From NCBI GenBank assembly GCA_044224875.1, contig JBGAJQ010000025.1:1-61601 (forward strand): a DNA stretch of 61,601 bases, read 5' to 3'. The stretch comes from Gemmatimonadaceae bacterium (lineage in GTDB: Bacteria > Gemmatimonadota > Gemmatimonadetes > Gemmatimonadales > Gemmatimonadaceae). How positions within the stretch are numbered: the first letter of the stretch is position 1; the number at the start of each line of letters is the position of its first letter. The position numbers and the translations under genes are program-made. Below the pieces are notes generated by a model, which did no database searches, was not told the origin of the DNA, and saw nothing but the letters and a program-made list of their open reading frames with translations. This document shows, one piece after another, positions 19,923 through 28,858 of this stretch.

Positions 19923-21193
19923 CGGAAACCGGCCACGAGGCTCTGCATGAGCAGGGACCATCCGTCCACCAGCACAAACAGCAGCAGCTTGAACGGCAAG
20001 GCGATCATGGCGGGCGGCAGCATGAACATGCCCATGCTCATCAGCACCGACGACACCACGATGTCGATGATGATGAAGGGAAGAAACAGCACGAAGCCGA
20101 GCTGAAAGGCCGTGCGCAGTTCCGAGGTGACGAACGCCGACATCAGCACGATCGTGGGCGTGTCCTCGACGCGCGCCGGCGCCGGGGAACCGCTCATGTC
20201 AATGAAGGCGGCGATGTCCTGTTCCCTCGTCTGGCGGATCATGAAGCCGCGGAGTGGCACGATCGCTGCCGACATCATCGCCGACTGGTCGATCGCCCCG
20301 TTCATCCAGGGCGTCAGTGCCGTGCGGTTCACCTCGGCCAGCGTCGGCGACATCACGAAGCCCGTCAGCAGCAGCGACATCGCCGCCAGCAATTGGGCCG
20401 GCGGCGTCGTTTGCGTGCCTAACGCCTGCTTCAGGAAGTGCAGGACCACCAGGATGCGGGTGAAGCTCGTCATGAGCAGTAGCAGGGCCGGCAGCATCGT
20501 CAGCGCGCCCATCATCACCACCACACCCACCGTTCCGCTCAACCGCAATCCGCCATTCCCGTTCTCGCCCACCTTCAAGTCCAGTGTTGGCAGCGCCCGC
20601 GCGACGGCGTCGAGCGATCCGGCAGGCTGCGCCACCTGCGCCGGGCTCGTGGGACCGGGCTTCGCTGGCGTCGCGGCACGGGTCGCGTTGCCGCCCGCGG
20701 ACGCTGGGGTGCGACCAGTGGATGGTGCATTGGCAGGGGCCGTCGATGCCGCGCGCGGCGGGGACGCGCGACGTGTGGTGTCGGTGGCCTGCGCATGCGC
20801 CTGTACCGGAGAAACGAGCGTCGTCAGCAACAACGCCGTCACGGGCAACCCGGCGTTCTTCAGGCCGGCGCGAACGGCCGCCTTGAAGTCGAACGCCGGC
20901 CGCCCCTGATTGGGATCGGCGACCGCGACGGCTTCCGGCACGGCCTCTAGCTCGGCGAGCGTGCGCACGCCACCCTCTCCCACGCTCACGGCCAGCAGCT
21001 GCTCACCGATGCGCACGACCGCAATGCCCTGACGTGGACCCAGCGCAATCCGCTGGACCACGACCATTGGCACGCCGCCGCGCGACGTGGACGCCGCGGC
21101 CGTCACGCGACGCAACAACCGCATCGTGATCGCCACCAGCGACAACACGAGGGCCAACGTCATGGCGACGCCGACCAACGCCGAAAACGTCAC
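19919..21193 (-). CDS. fliP: FliO-FliP fusion protein
   Basis: N-terminal FliO (RIALGPRQGIAVVRIGEQLLAVSV), Ala/Pro linker, FliP (MTSFTRI, PFIIIDIVVSSVLMSMGM.MLPP). Confidence 0.9.
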   Translation of the reverse strand: MTFSALVGVAMTLALVLSLVAITMRLLRRVTAAASTSRGGVPMVVVQRIALGPRQGIAVVRIGEQLLAVSVGEGGVRTLAELEAVPEAVAVADPNQGRPAFDFKAAVRAGLKNAGLPVTALLLTTLVSPVQAHAQATDTTRRASPPRAASTAPANAPSTGRTPASAGGNATRAATPAKPGPTSPAQVAQPAGSLDAVARALPTLDLKVGENGNGGLRLSGTVGVVVMMGALTMLPALLLLMTSFTRILVVLHFLKQALGTQTTPPAQLLAAMSLLLTGFVMSPTLAEVNRTALTPWMNGAIDQSAMMSAAIVPLRGFMIRQTREQDIAAFIDMSGSPAPARVEDTPTIVLMSAFVTSELRTAFQLGFVLFLPFIIIDIVVSSVLMSMGMFMLPPAMIALPFKLLLFVLVDGWSLLMQSLVAGFR

Positions 21194-21528
21194 GCCGCGG
21201 CCTCGGACGTCTTCTTGCGCGACAGGATGCGGGTGATGCGGACACCGAAGTGCTCACCGAGCACCACCACTTCGCCCTCGGCAAAGCGGCGGTCGCCGAT
21301 GAAGATGTCGATCGGTTCGCCCGCCAGTCGTTCGAGCTGAACCACCGAGCCACGCCCCAGCCGCAGGATCTCCTGGACGGCCATGGTCGTGCGCCCAAGC
21401 TCGATCGAGATCGGGAGCGTCAGGTCCATCAGGAGTGACAACGGGACCTCGGTCTGGCCGATGATGGCTTCGCCCAGTTCGTCGAAGTTGATGTCGGTGG
21501 TCGGGTCGGGCATTTGGTTGGTCCCCAT
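21190..21528 (-). CDS. fliN: C-ring protein FliN
   Basis: IELGRT, GSVVQLERLAGEP, GEVVVLGEHFGVRIT. Confidence 0.95.
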   Translation of the reverse strand: MGTNQMPDPTTDINFDELGEAIIGQTEVPLSLLMDLTLPISIELGRTTMAVQEILRLGRGSVVQLERLAGEPIDIFIGDRRFAEGEVVVLGEHFGVRITRILSRKKTSEAAA

Positions 21529-21541
21529 GCGAGGGCCTCGG

Positions 21542-22561
21542 TTACGAACGAGTGAACGGAATGGTCACGACTTCGGGCGCCGGAAGGATTCCTTCGTTGA
21601 GCCTGACGGCCAACGACGGCCCCACACGACCTGGACTGGCACGAAAGCGCGGCTGGTTGCCGACGATCACGTCGATCTCGGCCGTCCGCGACAACCCCGT
21701 CGGCACCACGCTCCCCGCGCTGAGCGAGAAGAGCTGCCGAATGGGCATGCGAAACTCCGGCAGTCGCGCGGCGATCCGCACCCGGGTTCCGCGCAACGAG
21801 TGTTCGGTGACGAGGCGATTCATCGCCTGCTCTTCGGGCGAGCCAAGGAGCGAAATGCGTCGCTCGCTGCTGCCGGCGAAGAACTTTTCCAATACGGCGA
21901 AGGGAAGACAGACCAGCAGCAAGCTGCGCGTTTCGTCGGCCGTCACCTCGATGTTGGCGACCAGCACCGGATCCTCACGATTGGCCACACGCAGGATTTC
22001 GGGGACGGACTCGAAGCCCGTGAGCTGCAAGTCCATCTCGACGTAGTCCTGCCAGACTTCGCCCGTCAGCGTGAGGACGCGCTCGGCCACGGTCCGCACC
22101 GCCATCCGCTCGAGCGGCGTCAGCGAACGTTCGGGCGACGGCGAGGCCGTGCTGCCGCCGAACAGCCGATCGACGAGGAAGTAGGCGAACTCGTGCCCGA
22201 AGTCGAGGACGCCTTGTTGGCCTCCCGTCTTCAGGATTTCGAACGTGTATGACGCGCAGGGCGTGGGCAGCGAGAGCGTGAACTCGCCGAAGGAGAACTG
22301 CTCCACGCTCTGAAGCTGGAGCTGGACGGCGCCGCGCACGCGCGACATCAGCCAGCCTTCGAGCCCCTTCGTGAAGCGCTCGTACATCGCTTCCAGGCTG
22401 CGCAGCTTGTCGGTGGAGATGCGGTGCGGACGCCGAAAGTCGTACAGCTGCGCATCCGACGCCGGGCCGGCGATGGTGTCGTCCGGGACCGGGGCATCCG
22501 CAGGACGGCTGCTTCCCAGCAGCGCGTCAATCTCATTCTGTGAAAGGGATTCGGACGCCAC
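21542..22561 (-). CDS. fliM: C-ring protein FliM
   Basis: LSQNEIDALL CheY-binding peptide, YDFRRP. Confidence 0.95.
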   Translation of the reverse strand: MASESLSQNEIDALLGSSRPADAPVPDDTIAGPASDAQLYDFRRPHRISTDKLRSLEAMYERFTKGLEGWLMSRVRGAVQLQLQSVEQFSFGEFTLSLPTPCASYTFEILKTGGQQGVLDFGHEFAYFLVDRLFGGSTASPSPERSLTPLERMAVRTVAERVLTLTGEVWQDYVEMDLQLTGFESVPEILRVANREDPVLVANIEVTADETRSLLLVCLPFAVLEKFFAGSSERRISLLGSPEEQAMNRLVTEHSLRGTRVRIAARLPEFRMPIRQLFSLSAGSVVPTGLSRTAEIDVIVGNQPRFRASPGRVGPSLAVRLNEGILPAPEVVTIPFTRS

Positions 22562-22563
22562 GG

Positions 22564-23121
22564 CTACTGGATGACGTACTGCGGGAAGTAGATGCGGCGA
22601 ATCGCTCCCTTCTTGAAGAGCGCGCCTAACGAATCGGTCAGTTCCTTCTTGATCTCCTCGCGGAACCGCATGTCGGCGAGTTGCTCCACCGTCTTCGAGC
22701 CCATCACGCGAAGCAGCACATCGCGGGTCTCGGCGTCGCGGGCCTTCATCTGTTCCACGACGGTCGCGTCCTTGGCGTCGACCGCGGTCGCCAGCATCAA
22801 GAAGCGGGTGCCTCCCGATCCGGCCGGGTTCAGGATCACGTTGTCGATGAGGTACACGGTGCTTGCTGCGCCCTCGCCCTCCTTTCCCCCTTCGTGCCCG
22901 CCGCCACCTTCCGCCTCGGCTTCGGTCGAATCGGCAGCGAGGGAATCGGGGTGCACCACGTAGCCCGACTTCTTCGCCAGCATCGGCCCGAGCGCGAACA
23001 GGCCCCCGGCCGCTCCAAGGAGCAGGCCGCCGACCAGTGCCCCAATGAGAACGATGCCCTTCGGGCCTTTCGAAGCGGGCTTTGCTTCGCCTTCGGCTGG
23101 GGTCGCGGTTTCTTCAGACAT
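22564..23121 (-). CDS. fliL: FliL
   Basis: N-terminal TM, VILNPAGSGGTRFL, C-terminal IYFPQYVIQ. Confidence 0.9.
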   Translation of the reverse strand: MSEETATPAEGEAKPASKGPKGIVLIGALVGGLLLGAAGGLFALGPMLAKKSGYVVHPDSLAADSTEAEAEGGGGHEGGKEGEGAASTVYLIDNVILNPAGSGGTRFLMLATAVDAKDATVVEQMKARDAETRDVLLRVMGSKTVEQLADMRFREEIKKELTDSLGALFKKGAIRRIYFPQYVIQ

Positions 23122-23166
23122 GTCCGTTTGGATCGCGAGAGGTGTAGTGAGCGATCACACGGAAAA

Positions 23167-23181
23167 GCAGGGCGCATACCA
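23167..23181 (-). promoter_or_regulatory. Putative sigma-54 promoter for fliL operon
   Basis: TGGTATGCGCCCTGC, GG-N10-GC. Confidence 0.7.
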
Positions 23182-23379
23182 CCCGATTGAGGTCGGATTT
23201 GACGCCTCACATGCCGTCGTAACTGTTTTGACAAGAATGAGTTACGCGCTTGTGCTCAAGCCGTGGCGGGGTGTGGGCTCACGGGGAGACTTCGGCCGCG
23301 TCGGCAGGAAGTGCCGGTACCCGCAGGTCCGTTTTTCCGCCGTGTCGCAATTGGGCCGACGCGCGAAAGGAGTCGACGA

Positions 23380-23408
23380 AAGGGGCTGACGATCAGAGCC
23401 AGCCCCTT
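23380..23408 (-). terminator. Hairpin terminator after flgE
   Basis: AAGGGGCTGGC-loop-GTCAGCCCCTT followed by a short T run on minus strand. Confidence 0.6.
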
Positions 23409-23427
23409 CCGCCGACTTGGTCGACTA

Positions 23428-24738
23428 CTACCGCTTGAGGTTCACCACTTCCTGGAGCATTTCGTCGCTGTTGGTGATCACGCGGCTGTTCGCCTGGAAC
23501 CCGCGTTGCGCGACGATCATGGATGTGAACTCGGCGGCCAGGTCCACGTTCGACATTTCGAGTGCGCCACTCGTGAGCGTCGACTGACTGCCTTCGAGCG
23601 CATAACCGTTGACGGCGCCGCCGGAGTTACCAGATACGCCGTACATGTTGTCACCCACGCGGAGCAAACCGGCCGGGTTGTTGAAGTCGGCCAGGACGAT
23701 CTGGGCCAGCACCACGTTGGTTCCGTTAGTGAACGCGCCGGTGATCGTGCCCGTGCGGTCGATCGAGAAGCTTTGCAGCTGACCGGCGGCATAGCCGTTC
23801 TGGTCACGCAGCACCGCCGTGTTGGTGCCGGCGAACGACGTGATGCCGTTGATGCCCGTGCCCAGGTCCAGCGTGACCGACACTTGATTCGCGCCCGGCG
23901 GATCGAACGTGACGATGGGCGGATCGGTCGGGGCGGCGGTCAGCAGCACGCCCGTCGGGTCAAACTGTAGGGTCTGGGGCGTGGAGTTCGGCGGGGTGAA
24001 GCCGGCGGGGAGGTTGGTCCCATCCACCTGCCACGTCCACGTGTCGGCGGCAGTCTTCCAGAACTGGAGCTTCAGGTCCCACTGGTTGCCTAACGAATCA
24101 TAGACCGTCACGGACGATTCCGTCCACGAGTCCTTGTTCGCTGGGTCGGCCCGTGAGGCCGCGTCGAACGCGTTGGTGGGCGACGCGCTGGTGTCGAAGA
24201 CCGGCGCCGACGCATTGAGGTTGCCGGCGAGGGCCACGGAGTCCGTGGGCTTGGCGGCCGTCTTCTGCCCGAAGGGCAGGGTCACGTCGCGAATGCCATC
24301 GAGGAACACGCCGTTGTCCGCCATGCGTCCCTGCACGACGAAGCCGTTGGTCGGCGAGACCAGCTTGCCATCGGCGTCCAGCTGGAAGTTGCCGGCGCGC
24401 GTGTAGTAATGCTGGTTACCCTTGGCGACGGTGAAGAACGAGTCGCCTTGGATCGCGAGGTCGGTGTTCAGGCCGGTGGTTTCCAGGTTGCCCTGGTTGA
24501 AGATCGTGTCGATCGAACCGATCTGCATGCCGAGTCCGACCTGGATCGGGTTGATACCGCCGTGATCGCCGGGTGGGCGCGACGCGCCTTGCAGCAACTG
24601 GGCGAAGCCTTCCTTGAAGGTCACACGGCCCGCCTTGAACGCGACCGTGTTGACGTTGGAGATGTTGTTTCCGATGACGTCCATGCGCACCTGATGGTTG
24701 CGCAGGCCGGAGACACCGGAAAAGAGTGATCGCATCAT
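23428..24738 (-). CDS. flgE: Hook protein FlgE
   Basis: MMRSLFSGVSGL, GNNISNVNTVAFK, LEMSNVDLAAEF...QRGFQANSR. Confidence 0.96.
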   Translation of the reverse strand: MMRSLFSGVSGLRNHQVRMDVIGNNISNVNTVAFKAGRVTFKEGFAQLLQGASRPPGDHGGINPIQVGLGMQIGSIDTIFNQGNLETTGLNTDLAIQGDSFFTVAKGNQHYYTRAGNFQLDADGKLVSPTNGFVVQGRMADNGVFLDGIRDVTLPFGQKTAAKPTDSVALAGNLNASAPVFDTSASPTNAFDAASRADPANKDSWTESSVTVYDSLGNQWDLKLQFWKTAADTWTWQVDGTNLPAGFTPPNSTPQTLQFDPTGVLLTAAPTDPPIVTFDPPGANQVSVTLDLGTGINGITSFAGTNTAVLRDQNGYAAGQLQSFSIDRTGTITGAFTNGTNVVLAQIVLADFNNPAGLLRVGDNMYGVSGNSGGAVNGYALEGSQSTLTSGALEMSNVDLAAEFTSMIVAQRGFQANSRVITNSDEMLQEVVNLKR

Positions 24739-24768
24739 GTGTGCGAGATCCTCGAGTGAGGGTAAGGT

Positions 24769-25476
24769 CTACGAGAAGATTTTGACGACGCTTCCGATGT
24801 TGAACGTCATGGGCCCGGCGGTCAGCACGGCGCCCGTGCTGTTGTACGAGATGCCGTCGACCTTGCCAACCGAGTACGTCTTCTGGTTGGTGGTCACGCC
24901 CTTGGCGTCCTTCACTTCGATGGTATAGGTGTACATGCCCTCCGAGAGCTTCTGCGCGGCACTGCCGACATCAAATTCCATCTTGTCGCCGGCGGCCAAG
25001 TGACCTAACGGGCGGCTGGCGATCTCCTTGCCGGCCGCATTCAGAATCTTGAGGGTCGCGTCGCCTTCCGTGGCGATATCGGCCACGACCTTGCCCTGCT
25101 TCACGCCATTGGCATCCTTGGCAATCATCATCTGGTTGCCCTCCGCCATGACGGTCTTGCCTATCGTGCTCAATGCCACCGAGTTGTTGATGGCGAGGAG
25201 CATGGTGTTGTACTGCGCTTGCTGCGTCGCGAGCGCGTCGTTGATGTTCACGAGTTGCTCGAGTCCCGAGAATTGCGCGAGGTCGGCCGCCATCTTGCTG
25301 CCATCCATCGGGTTCATCGGGTCCTGATAGCGCATCTGCGTGGTGAGCAGCTGCAGGAATTCGTTCTTGCCCAGCCGCCCGCCAGGGCCAACGGCACTGG
25401 CGTCACGCTGCGCGGTGGTACCGGTCGTGCCTGCCGTCGTGGGAACCGACGTCGTCGAGGGAATGGTGGTCGGCAT
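24769..25476 (-). CDS. flgD: Hook cap FlgD
   Basis: LGKNEFLQLLTTQMRYQDPMNP, LAQFSGLEQ. Confidence 0.95.
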   Translation of the reverse strand: MPTTIPSTTSVPTTAGTTGTTAQRDASAVGPGGRLGKNEFLQLLTTQMRYQDPMNPMDGSKMAADLAQFSGLEQLVNINDALATQQAQYNTMLLAINNSVALSTIGKTVMAEGNQMMIAKDANGVKQGKVVADIATEGDATLKILNAAGKEIASRPLGHLAAGDKMEFDVGSAAQKLSEGMYTYTIEVKDAKGVTTNQKTYSVGKVDGISYNSTGAVLTAGPMTFNIGSVVKIFS

Positions 25477-27716
25477 TAGCGGGATCCTTTGGGGTCGCGG
25501 CGATGGCGCGAACGGCCATCTCCATTCTGGTGATCGTACGCGCGGTTCGGATCGCGGGGATGCCGGTCCTGTCCGGTCGTACTGCTGTCTGACGTATTGG
25601 AGGAGGAGGCGACGCGTCCACCGTCACGCTCCGTCGCCACGTTCGCGGCGCCGGTTAGCGCCGTGTCAGGTCGGATCGCGCGAATGGTCACGGCCTCGGG
25701 CTCGAGCCCATGCTGCGCGAGTGCGCGCGAGAGTTCGGGCGCGTGCGTCGCCAGACGATCGGCGGCGACGGGGTCGCGCACGTCCATCACGGTGGACACC
25801 GAATGTCCACGCAAGTCGATGCGGATCCGATCCTCTCCGCCCTCGGGATGGTCCAGTCGTAGCAGCACCGAGGAGAGCGGTCGTTCAGCTGCGGCGTCAC
25901 GGATCTCCATGGCGCGAGCCACGCGGTCAGTCATGTTCACAGGCGTGGGAGCCTCGGTGCGCGTAACGCCGTCACCGCGACTGGCCAAGGGATCGACCGT
26001 CCGCATCGCTTCTCGCCCGCCGCCGGCTTCAACCCGTTCACGAACGGCCGCCACCAAGTCTCGCTCGGCGCCACGTTCGTCGCGCGCTCCACCGCGTTGC
26101 TCGTCCCGGGCCAGGTGATCGTTCACCGCGGCGATGACTCGGTCGACCATGCCGTCGAGCGACGGCGCCGATTCCGCAATCTTGCCATCGCGCGGAGTCG
26201 TGACCGCCGTGGCATTCGCTGGCGCGATGGTCGTTGGACGCGGTGCGCGAGCGAGGGGCCGCATGTCGGGCCGGCTCACGGGCGAACCCTCGAGTGCGGC
26301 CACCGTGGCAACATCGGCCACACGCGCTGGCTGGGCCACCCCGGCAACGGCTGCCACCTGCGCCACTGACGCTACCTGAGCCACCGCAGAATGGCTCCGA
26401 GGTGCAAACGTGCGAGCTGGCGGAACAGCTGCATCCTCTGTAGGCATGAGGACCGTCGGCGCGAGCGGACGGCGTCCCATCGACGTGTCGATTTCCCCAA
26501 AAGGAAGCGCCAGCACGCTGGTAGGCTGGGGCATGGCCAACCGCTGGATGCCGGCACGCGTGCCGGCAACGACGGGACCTCGCGGTGGTGTGGGTGCGGT
26601 GGGCGCTTCGACCGCGGGTGTCACCGTCGACGACGGAATCGCGCGCGCCGTCTGCAACGGGAGTGACACCGGCATCTCGATATGTCCCGGGTCGCGCGGC
26701 CAGAGGGTGCGCAACCCGGCCTCCTTCGCGATCCGCGCCAGTCGTGCAAACGCCTCACTATTGTCGTAACCACCGTCGATCATGACGTCTGCCGCACGGG
26801 CCTCTTGATGTGGAGACGTACGCGTCCACGTCACGACGGGTCCGGGCGCGGTGCGTCCTTGCGCAAAGAGCGCGTCCTGCCTCGTTTGCGAACGCACGGT
26901 TTCCACCACCTCGACGGTGTAACCAAACTCGCGTTGCATGCGATCGATCAACTGCTCCAGCCGATCGCGGAACTCGGGTCGTAGAGACGTGAGTTCTCGT
27001 CGGATGGCGGTCGGGTCCGTGTTGGCAAAGGCGGTGCGGAGTGTGCGAGCAACCGCGGAGGCGTTGCCGGCGATGGATGGGTCCAGCGCACCGGCGGCGA
27101 GCCCGAGTGCCGCCGGAGTGGTCACACTGCCGAGCACCGGTAACCCGCCAGGGGCAACAGTCGGCATCAGCCGCATGTCTGGAGCGGTCATGGGGGCGTT
27201 TGTCGCATCGACTAGAGCCTCTCCGTTGTCCTTGGTTCGGCGTGCGTAGCGTTCCACGAGGAGCGGCACCTGGGCGGTTAACGCCTCCAGCAGCGCCTGC
27301 CGAGTCGCTTCGGGTAGCGCGCCGATGTCCAACGCGCCATTCGGCGACCCCTCGGTTCTGGCAGTGCCTGGCGCAATGGGCAGACGCGCCGTCGGCGCTT
27401 GCCGATCAGCTGTCAGGGCGTCGATCAGGAGTTGGAGCTGTTCTGGTCCCAGCTGGTCCAGGGTCAGCCCACCTTCACCCGGGGCCGCGGGATTCGACGG
27501 GCGATCGGGCAAGACCGACAGGGCGTTGCGCGAGGTCGAGCGTCCCAGCAGTTGTGCCAGCAACGCTGGCAGCTGCAACGGTGCGCCGGTACCTCCGGCG
27601 CCGAGGGCATTCCCCAGCACGGACGCGAACGGCAACCCAGTGATCGGGGTGTCGGCCCCGGCCGGCGCGGCCAACGATTCCAGCGGGCCCGCGAAGGGAA
27701 GAATCGGCATGGTCAT
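25476..27716 (-). CDS. fliK: FliK-like hook-length control protein with internal M15-family peptidase domain
   Basis: Position upstream of flgD; Ala/Pro/Thr-rich; C-terminal LRLDHP...IRIDLR...L..AL...GL; internal RS..RQ..LFAQGR, SPHQEARAAD, DPGHIE. Confidence 0.75.
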   Translation of the reverse strand: MTMPILPFAGPLESLAAPAGADTPITGLPFASVLGNALGAGGTGAPLQLPALLAQLLGRSTSRNALSVLPDRPSNPAAPGEGGLTLDQLGPEQLQLLIDALTADRQAPTARLPIAPGTARTEGSPNGALDIGALPEATRQALLEALTAQVPLLVERYARRTKDNGEALVDATNAPMTAPDMRLMPTVAPGGLPVLGSVTTPAALGLAAGALDPSIAGNASAVARTLRTAFANTDPTAIRRELTSLRPEFRDRLEQLIDRMQREFGYTVEVVETVRSQTRQDALFAQGRTAPGPVVTWTRTSPHQEARAADVMIDGGYDNSEAFARLARIAKEAGLRTLWPRDPGHIEMPVSLPLQTARAIPSSTVTPAVEAPTAPTPPRGPVVAGTRAGIQRLAMPQPTSVLALPFGEIDTSMGRRPLAPTVLMPTEDAAVPPARTFAPRSHSAVAQVASVAQVAAVAGVAQPARVADVATVAALEGSPVSRPDMRPLARAPRPTTIAPANATAVTTPRDGKIAESAPSLDGMVDRVIAAVNDHLARDEQRGGARDERGAERDLVAAVRERVEAGGGREAMRTVDPLASRGDGVTRTEAPTPVNMTDRVARAMEIRDAAAERPLSSVLLRLDHPEGGEDRIRIDLRGHSVSTVMDVRDPVAADRLATHAPELSRALAQHGLEPEAVTIRAIRPDTALTGAANVATERDGGRVASSSNTSDSSTTGQDRHPRDPNRAYDHQNGDGRSRHRRDPKGSR

Positions 27717-28396
27717 GGGACCTTACCTCCACCAATGGACTTCTTGCTGATGGTCGCGGCGCGTTCCGCTGGGAAGTTCACAAGGATCGCGGCGGCCTGC
27801 TTCTCCTGCAGCGACTGCAGGATCAGCTGGATGTCGGCGTCGTCCATTTGCAGCAACACCTTCGCAGCGTCCTTGGGCGGCATGGAGGCGAAGATCTTGG
27901 AGATCCGCTTTGGCTGCGCAGCATCGTCCGTCTTGGTAGCGGCTGTTGTTACTGGCGGGCGGTCGGCGGCGCCGGTCGAAGTTGGGTGCGCTGGCGCAGG
28001 CTCGGCCGGCTTCCGCGCGGCTGGCTTGGTCGCCGCCGCCGTCGCCGGCTTCTCTCCCGTGGGCCTGGCCGTTGCGGCGGTGTGGGGATCGTGGGTCGCG
28101 GGCTTCGCCGCAACGTCGCCCTTTGGTGCCTCGTGTGTTGAAGCTGACTCGGTGGCGGCCGCAACATGCTCTTCCGCGCTCGCGGAATCGGTCGGCGTGG
28201 CGGTGCCTTCAGCTGCCGGTTCTGCCTTCTTCTCCGGGTGCTTTTCGGCGTGTTCGGCCAGGCTGTCCGCGACGACCTTGGCGCGGCGGGCAGTCTCGGC
28301 GGCAAACGCGGACTTCGCCTTCAGGACTGCAAAGCCGGTACCGGCGCCGAGGCCGGCCAGCAGCCCCACCACCACAAACAGGATCAAGCGAATCAT
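27713..28396 (-). CDS. MotE/FlbB-like (MgtE N-terminal-like) flagellar membrane protein
   Basis: N-terminal TM; ISKIFASMPPKDAAKVLLQMDD...KQAAAILVNF. Confidence 0.75.
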   Translation of the reverse strand: MIRLILFVVVGLLAGLGAGTGFAVLKAKSAFAAETARRAKVVADSLAEHAEKHPEKKAEPAAEGTATPTDSASAEEHVAAATESASTHEAPKGDVAAKPATHDPHTAATARPTGEKPATAAATKPAARKPAEPAPAHPTSTGAADRPPVTTAATKTDDAAQPKRISKIFASMPPKDAAKVLLQMDDADIQLILQSLQEKQAAAILVNFPAERAATISKKSIGGGKVP

Positions 28397-28857
28397 GCCT
28401 TGTTCTCCTTGCGATCGTCGGTCCCGTTATGCACGTGACGGGTGAGGGCGATCGCGTCCATAGTCGCGCGCTCGATCTGGGCGGCATCGGCGCGGTATTC
28501 GTCCAGACGACGCGTGCGCAGGCGATCCAGGATCTGTCGATCCTGCGCTGCGGAGGTGAGGGCTTCGCGTCGTTCATTCACGTGTTCATCGGCTGCAGTG
28601 GCCTGCTCCAACGCCGCGCTGGCGCGTTCGCCGAGCTGGGCAACCACAAAGCTCAGGCTGACGATCTGCCCAACGGTTGGCGAATCACCGGTCGCCCGCG
28701 ACACGCTGGCGTGCGCAAGATCGCGCACCGAGTTGAGGGCAGCGAATTGCTGGTGATGGAAGTCGGCGGTGTCTCGGGCGCGTGCCAGCTCCAACGCCAT
28801 CTCTTGTTCGCGTTGCTCCCGTAGTTCCAGGAGTCGTTGTAGTGGGAACTTGAACAT
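28393..28857 (-). CDS. fliJ: Export protein FliJ
   Basis: MFKFPLQRLLELR; coiled coil; directly after fliI. Confidence 0.9.
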   Translation of the reverse strand: MFKFPLQRLLELREQREQEMALELARARDTADFHHQQFAALNSVRDLAHASVSRATGDSPTVGQIVSLSFVVAQLGERASAALEQATAADEHVNERREALTSAAQDRQILDRLRTRRLDEYRADAAQIERATMDAIALTRHVHNGTDDRKENKA

Positions 28858-28858
28858 G

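Noticed and set aside
18859..19977. Apparent 372-aa FliR and other long N-terminal extensions in the ORF track (flgL, fliE, cheR, flgH)
   Set aside because: The extensions overlap upstream genes or promoters; downstream starts give normal sizes
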